Virus record (IMG/VR): IMGVR_UViG_3300032231_000020 | Coordinates: 1 to 27,854 of that record | Reading direction: 5' to 3' (one strand) | Length of the DNA stretch: 27,854 bases | DNA from: a virus | Taxonomy: Duplodnaviria; Caudoviricetes | Shown here: one piece after another, positions 23,409 to 27,854 of the stretch | Position numbering within the stretch: the first letter of the stretch is position 1 | Layout: the number at the start of each line of letters is the position of its first letter | Translations under genes and position numbers: made by a program | The notes under the pieces: model-generated | What the model was told of the DNA's origin: nothing | The model's input: only the letters and a program-made list of their open reading frames with translations | Database searches by the model: none

Positions 23409-24991
23409 TATGCGGCCTGTGGCTCGGACTCTTGGGGTTGGTTTGCTTGTTGCGCTTGGGCAATCAATTGGGCGACCGCGTTCTGTAGCGTTTCGCGTTC
23501 CACATCATCGCGCACCAACGTCTGATCGACTCCCAGCTTCTCCGCTGACCACGCCGGGAAGTCTTCAATCTTGATACCCATACCGGCGATATCCATACCC
23601 ATACCTGTATTGAGTTGCAACCACTGGACGGTGGTTTGCAGGTCGTCGAGATTCTGCTGGGTTGCCAATGGTGAAGTTGGAACGATCTTGACGCGCTTGC
23701 CGTCCACTATAATTTTTGTGTCGATCAAGCCCTTACGTGATCCGATACCCAAAACACGGTTGGTCAGGGGGATTATAAGCTCAGACATAATACGGGCAAA
23801 AGGGGAGCCGATATCAGTCTGCATTTCCTTGATTCGCTCGACGATTTCCGTCGGCGACCGGACAGATGCGGTTTCGTCCGGGATACCACGATCCAACAAC
23901 GCCTGCTTGATGCTGGCTTGCAGGTCGGCGAGAATAAGCTGGGAAACGTCAAAATTCCCGGATGGCGTTAAAGGCTGGAGACTGTTGGCGGCCCCTACCG
24001 GGATAATGTTTCCGGGGGCAATTTCGACCGTAAACGGATTCAGCACTCCATCATCGACCGCCGCCCACATCCCAGCGACATCGAAAGAGGCCCGCTGTAA
24101 GATCATTTCCTTGACCTTATTGGCGGTTCGGATATCAGGAAGGGCAAACAATAAAGGCCCTCGCCCGAATACTTCCCCGGCGACCTTGATCCATCGGGTG
24201 ATAATCCAAGGGCTTTCTTCCAGCTCCCTCTCCACGATGCGGTTTGCCTTGCTTTCCGTATTTTGCCCCTGCACCGCACCTACCGTTGGGTCGGTGGTAA
24301 AGCCTTTAATGACAACCTCATACCTGAACTTATCGGCTTTATGGTCGAAATAGGTCGCTTCCAGCAGGGTTATTTTCCCGTTGGGATTCTCTGATAACTG
24401 CTTTGCGATGTCGGCCTTACCTTCACCTGAAATATCGCTCCATGTCGCCTCGACATTTCTCAATGGGATCGTGTGGGTCCGGAACACCCCATCAATGCTT
24501 CCCATCGGGCCTTCATCCATGCTGACTTGAGCATTGGGGACGGCGGTAAACTGGATCGGGTTTCGGTCGTCACCCTCCAAAACCAGCATGATCGCTGTGC
24601 CGGAGGCCAAGTCCATGAAGAACTCGGAGGAGCTTGTATCAAAATTTGAAGTATGGATCAAGTTGAAGAACTGCTCGCGGACACGCTGGAGCTTTTTGAG
24701 GACGGCTGGCCTTATTTTCTCTGGTGTCTCAGGCCCCGGCTCAAAGGTCTGCCATTTTTGGAACGGCGGGACGATACCGGCCTGCATTCGGGTTGCGAAT
24801 TTCTGTGTGGAGTTGATTGCGGTGGAGTCGAACACCCGATCCATCTTTTCTGTGCCGGGGTGTGTCTGCTCATACAGATTTCGCATGGGCAGGGCGAACT
24901 CATAAGCGTCCCGGAGCATTGGAATCCAAGTTTGCTTCGTCTGCTCCGCTAAATTTGCGCGGGTAATAAGCTGTTCTGGTGTGAGTTGCAT
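23408..24991 (-). CDS. Portal (head-to-tail connector) protein
   Basis: 527 aa; VFDSTA, DLASGTA, RWIKVAGEVFGRGP and RSPTEIVER motifs of T7/BPP-1-type portals. Confidence 0.93.
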   Translation of the reverse strand: MQLTPEQLITRANLAEQTKQTWIPMLRDAYEFALPMRNLYEQTHPGTEKMDRVFDSTAINSTQKFATRMQAGIVPPFQKWQTFEPGPETPEKIRPAVLKKLQRVREQFFNLIHTSNFDTSSSEFFMDLASGTAIMLVLEGDDRNPIQFTAVPNAQVSMDEGPMGSIDGVFRTHTIPLRNVEATWSDISGEGKADIAKQLSENPNGKITLLEATYFDHKADKFRYEVVIKGFTTDPTVGAVQGQNTESKANRIVERELEESPWIITRWIKVAGEVFGRGPLLFALPDIRTANKVKEMILQRASFDVAGMWAAVDDGVLNPFTVEIAPGNIIPVGAANSLQPLTPSGNFDVSQLILADLQASIKQALLDRGIPDETASVRSPTEIVERIKEMQTDIGSPFARIMSELIIPLTNRVLGIGSRKGLIDTKIIVDGKRVKIVPTSPLATQQNLDDLQTTVQWLQLNTGMGMDIAGMGIKIEDFPAWSAEKLGVDQTLVRDDVERETLQNAVAQLIAQAQQANQPQESEPQAA

Positions 24992-25227
24992 TAAGCCCCC
25001 AATTTTTCCTTGGGTACGCCTATCTCCCCGGACTGCTGGAACAGAGTACCGCGTCCGCGCTTTCCTTGATTTGCCGCCAGCACTTTGTCGCGGGATTGCT
25101 TTTCGCGTCTTTCCTTTTCCTCGGCAAGCTTGAGCTTTTCGGCGGCTTCTTTTTGGGATTTGTCCGCTCCCGCTGAAACCGTCGGCTTGTCGCTGGGGCG
25201 AAATAAATTCACAATATCAGTTACCAT
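24991..25227 (-). CDS. Small basic pre-portal virion protein
   Basis: Charged helix followed by RGRGTLF...KLGA; typical position before the portal. Confidence 0.7.
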   Translation of the reverse strand: MVTDIVNLFRPSDKPTVSAGADKSQKEAAEKLKLAEEKERREKQSRDKVLAANQGKRGRGTLFQQSGEIGVPKEKLGA

Positions 25228-25672
25228 GAGATTCCCCTTTAAGACTTTTGGCCCCTCGTTTTAATAAGCAACCATGAAGCTGGTGGGGTAGGATAACCCC
25301 CCATTTATGTATACCCATAACAGCTTTCACTATTGAAACGCAAGTGATTATTCCTCTCGGCCTGAGCTTAAAGGAGGACTTGAAGGGCAAAGTGATCATA
25401 AGAATATCGGTAGAAAGAGGGAGAAACGCCGCCGCGACTTCTTTTGGGTCAGCATACCAAACATCGACGTCGATATTTGAAAGCTGGCCCTCTACCTTGA
25501 CGGTGTTTCTGGGTGTCATTAAGCCGGGTGAGCCGACATAATTCGCCCAGAATACCCAGCAATGACGAAACCCCTTACTGCATACGGACGACCAGACGCG
25601 CTGGGTGTGGGTTTCGGCGAACACCACAAAAAACGTGCGGTATTCGTTCCGTATTCCCAGATGCGCTGGCAC
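25217..25672 (-). CDS. Putative permuted papain-like (NlpC/P60-related) protein
   Basis: GFRHCWV (His first), later TCVSIVKAVMGI...ILPHQL (Cys, then PxxL). Confidence 0.55.
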   Translation of the reverse strand: MPAHLGIRNEYRTFFVVFAETHTQRVWSSVCSKGFRHCWVFWANYVGSPGLMTPRNTVKVEGQLSNIDVDVWYADPKEVAAAFLPLSTDILMITLPFKSSFKLRPRGIITCVSIVKAVMGIHKWGVILPHQLHGCLLKRGAKSLKGESHGN

Positions 25673-25885
25673 TTATTCCTGACTGATCGGGGTACAGCCG
25701 TCATTAATGCGCTGGGTTTTGACCTTCACGCCCTTGGTGTTGGTGTACTCGCCTACTTGGAGGCAGTTTTCGTCCGGCATCGACCACTTGACCGTGTTAC
25801 CGCGACCATCATCGATTTCCAGACCGCCTATTTCAGTACAGCCCGCCAAGAAAATCAGCATCCATAGGAAAAATAATGTTCTCAT
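25673..25885 (-). CDS. Lipoprotein
   Basis: MRTLFFLWMLIFLAG|C lipobox when started at ATG 25885; two further Cys. Confidence 0.75.
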   Translation of the reverse strand: MRTLFFLWMLIFLAGCTEIGGLEIDDGRGNTVKWSMPDENCLQVGEYTNTKGVKVKTQRINDGCTPISQE

Positions 25886-25886
25886 A

Positions 25887-26057
25887 TTACCCCGATTTTG
25901 CCATGCCGCGACTGACAGCATAGCCAAGGTTCATAATTGCGGTTGCCAATAACAACCGCCAGTCCAAGTTGCCGGTCTGCACCCAATTGGCAAGTGTAGC
26001 CGCCCAAGGTCCAGCCCCAGCAAGGGCAAACTCACTGGTTTTCATTCCGTCTGTCAT
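25887..26057 (-). CDS. Putative holin (56 aa)
   Basis: GGAGG RBS before ATG 26057; GMKTSEF...two hydrophobic segments...YAVSRGMAK pattern seen in small phage holin-like proteins. Confidence 0.6.
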   Translation of the reverse strand: MTDGMKTSEFALAGAGPWAATLANWVQTGNLDWRLLLATAIMNLGYAVSRGMAKSG

Positions 26058-26082
26058 TATATCCTCCGGAAAAGTTAAGAGA

Positions 26083-26114
26083 AGGTGGGGCGCAATAGGA
26101 GTAACGCCCCACCT
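26083..26114 (-). promoter_or_regulatory. GC-rich hairpin with anti-Shine-Dalgarno loop (possibly also a terminator)
   Basis: 10-bp perfect stem aggtggggcg/cgccccacct; minus-strand loop UUACUCCUAUUG; followed by UCUCUUAACUUUU. Confidence 0.5.
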
Positions 26115-26159
26115 CTCAACCAACTACCCGAAATAGTATCGGGCAATTTCAGGTTTCTG

Positions 26160-26498
26160 TCAACGCAGAACGTGGATAGGCATCTTCTGGATATTGCCTT
26201 CATGTTTCCCCCAGAACCCACCACTCGCAATGACAATCGGATTGCCATTGAAATAGAAATAGGCATGGGGGTCGGCGGCATCCGGAATAGATTCCATGAC
26301 CTCGACCACATCCCAAGGGGTTTCAGGGGTGATTGGTACAGGCTCGCGCACGCCGTTTTCATGCTCCGGTGGGTTGGGCTGTCCGTCTGCATCGGTATCG
26401 TCCGGCTCCATTTTATCCGGGGCTCCGTTATTCAAGGAATTATCTTCCGGTCCCGGAGTTGCGTCGTTCCCTTCTTGTTCTTCTCGATCTTCTGGCAT
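26160..26498 (-). CDS. Acidic hypothetical protein
   Basis: AAGGAGG RBS; disordered acidic N-terminal half and folded-looking C-terminal half. Confidence 0.7.
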   Translation of the reverse strand: MPEDREEQEGNDATPGPEDNSLNNGAPDKMEPDDTDADGQPNPPEHENGVREPVPITPETPWDVVEVMESIPDAADPHAYFYFNGNPIVIASGGFWGKHEGNIQKMPIHVLR

Positions 26499-26803
26499 AC
26501 GGCCTCCTTATGGTTTTTGAGTATTTCGTCAACTACTTTGGTAAGACTTGAATCGGCAACGCGATCCAAAATAAAAGAATTCTCCTTAATTCCAAACTGA
26601 ATGGTAAACCCTCTACGGTAGGCAAATTTTTCAAGGTATTTGCGATGAGAAAACACGGTTCGGGCGATTTCAGAAGGCAGGATAACCCGGTCATAGGCTT
26701 CGCACATGGACTCCAATTCATTCATGTAGTCAATCTGAGCCTTGCCACTTAATATCTGTTCATCGTCTGTGATTAAGTCCAGCGACCTTTCGTACTTACC
26801 CAT
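26432..26803 (-). CDS. Hypothetical protein
   Basis: ATG 26803 overlaps the upstream stop (ATGGGTAA); 3' end overlaps the next gene by 67 nt. Confidence 0.6.
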   Translation of the reverse strand: MGKYERSLDLITDDEQILSGKAQIDYMNELESMCEAYDRVILPSEIARTVFSHRKYLEKFAYRRGFTIQFGIKENSFILDRVADSSLTKVVDEILKNHKEAVCQKIEKNKKGTTQLRDRKIIP

Positions 26804-27188
26804 GATCTTCATCCCCCTGCCAAGGCATTTGTTTTTCGCAGACATACGCATCCTGAACGTCGTAGAGCCGCGACTTGAAGCCGAATCTATCCAGAAAGAC
26901 TTTCATTTCCCCACAGCTGGAAAACATAATGTTTGCGTGTTTGCGCGGGATAATAACGATATCCATGCTCGTCAATAATTCCAGCAGTTCGTCGATCATG
27001 CACTGGCGGTCGTCTTCGGTTATGCGGTCCATTGGAGGGCCAAGCTTTAACCTTGCGGGTTCCTTGCGCGCAAAATCCCGCCAAGACTTACCGGACTCCC
27101 GGCTCCTTGGGTTTTCCTGAAATCTCATAACGGAGTAATTCACCCCGTCTTCGGTCACGCCTAATAATAATATTTTTTCAGATGTCAT
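26796..27188 (-). CDS. Hypothetical protein
   Basis: 130-aa ORF coupled by an ATGA overlap to the upstream gene. Confidence 0.65.
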   Translation of the reverse strand: MTSEKILLLGVTEDGVNYSVMRFQENPRSRESGKSWRDFARKEPARLKLGPPMDRITEDDRQCMIDELLELLTSMDIVIIPRKHANIMFSSCGEMKVFLDRFGFKSRLYDVQDAYVCEKQMPWQGDEDHG

Positions 27189-27442
27189 ACGTCTATAAAC
27201 CTTTCGATTGTCTTCATCCGATCATGCGCGACAACAATCAGGAAATTCTCTGGAACACGTTTCAGGTCGTCATGCTCTTTTTTCATTAAACGCAGGCACT
27301 CCATCATTGCCATAAAAGGGGTTGGGGCATCGCCGTCAAATTGGTGCGCATCGACCTCCTCCCCGCCCAGAATGATAGAGTAGGTCCACCTTTTTGTCTC
27401 AAAGTCAAAATTTGTTTCCATGCTTTGAATAAGCTTCATCAC
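27185..27442 (-). CDS. Hypothetical protein
   Basis: 85-aa ORF starting right after the terminase stop. Confidence 0.6.
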   Translation of the reverse strand: MMKLIQSMETNFDFETKRWTYSIILGGEEVDAHQFDGDAPTPFMAMMECLRLMKKEHDDLKRVPENFLIVVAHDRMKTIERFIDV

Positions 27443-27443
27443 G

Positions 27444-27854
27444 TCACCGGGTTACAGGGTTGAATCGTTTAAAGCCGTTGATAGGCTTGTTACTGAGGGC
27501 CTGTTTTGCCAATCGTGCGGACCTGCCGGAGCCTCTACCTTGAAGCATCCGGTATTCTCCACCGCCTGTCAACAAATACCCAAGACCGTCGCAAGGATGC
27601 GACCATTTATTTTTTTCAGGAACACTGGTGTACCTGTCCGTCCCTGAAACTTGCAGTCTCTTGTACCGCCACTTACCCGCAAGGCCAGCGCGAAGCAAGC
27701 GGCACCTTTTATGGATCATAAATCCGGGCTTCCCTTGGATCATCCGGCCCATAGGAGCCATGATGCCATCGATACGTGCCTGCGAAGCATTGGTCGGCGC
27801 GGCGTAAATCGGGATACCCCTATCCCTCATGTGTTGCATGACAGCGACCTCATA
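27444..27854 (-). CDS. terL: Terminase large subunit, C-terminal nuclease part (5' end outside window)
   Basis: Frame open to the window edge; APTN...RID...C..L..GLAGKWRY...PEKNKWSHPCDGLGY motif. Confidence 0.88.
   Translation of the reverse strand, partial: YEVAVMQHMRDRGIPIYAAPTNASQARIDGIMAPMGRMIQGKPGFMIHKRCRLLRAGLAGKWRYKRLQVSGTDRYTSVPEKNKWSHPCDGLGYLLTGGGEYRMLQGRGSGRSARLAKQALSNKPINGFKRFNPVTR

Larger units (their letters stand above)
1..27854 (-). mobile_element. Tailed phage/prophage genome segment (podovirus-like, BPP-1/epsilon15-type layout)
   Basis: Co-oriented terminase, portal, scaffold, capsid, tail tubular A/B, internal virion protein and tail fibre genes, followed by an HTH regulator and a replication/recombination operon. 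No host housekeeping gene, integrase or att site in the window. Confidence 0.95.

Noticed and set aside
6102-26600. Long plus-strand ORFs (e.g. 10624-11328, 13598-14383, 15926-16576, 23571-24353)
   Set aside because: Antisense shadows of well-supported minus-strand genes with no recognisable motifs.

Overview
The window is a 27.9-kb slice of a podovirus-type tailed phage or prophage with a BPP-1/epsilon15-like gene order. Almost every gene is on the minus strand. From right to left: terminase large subunit C-terminus, small hypothetical, holin-like and lipoprotein genes, a permuted papain-like protein, portal, scaffold, a three-gene insert with a LamG-like protein, major capsid, two paralogous small capsid-associated proteins, tail tubular A/B, four internal (ejection) virion proteins (one with a lysozyme-like domain, one with a ParB-like domain), and tail fibre. 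These are followed by a lone plus-strand HTH regulator and an early operon (putative ssDNA-annealing protein, SMC/Rad50-like ATPase, zinc-finger protein, replication initiator). The most unusual content is non-coding. (i) A ~555-nt cluster at 281-835 is made of two families of repeated structured elements arranged B-A-A-B, with conserved helices, variable loops and a shared AATTTGAT(C)GCC motif. (ii) Several hairpins expose anti-RBS sequences, including one with a perfect 13-nt complement to the RBS and start codon of its own upstream gene 1.1 kb away. Together these suggest an undescribed RNA-based layer of translational control. All protein assignments come from motif recognition and synteny; no database searches or folding programs were run.
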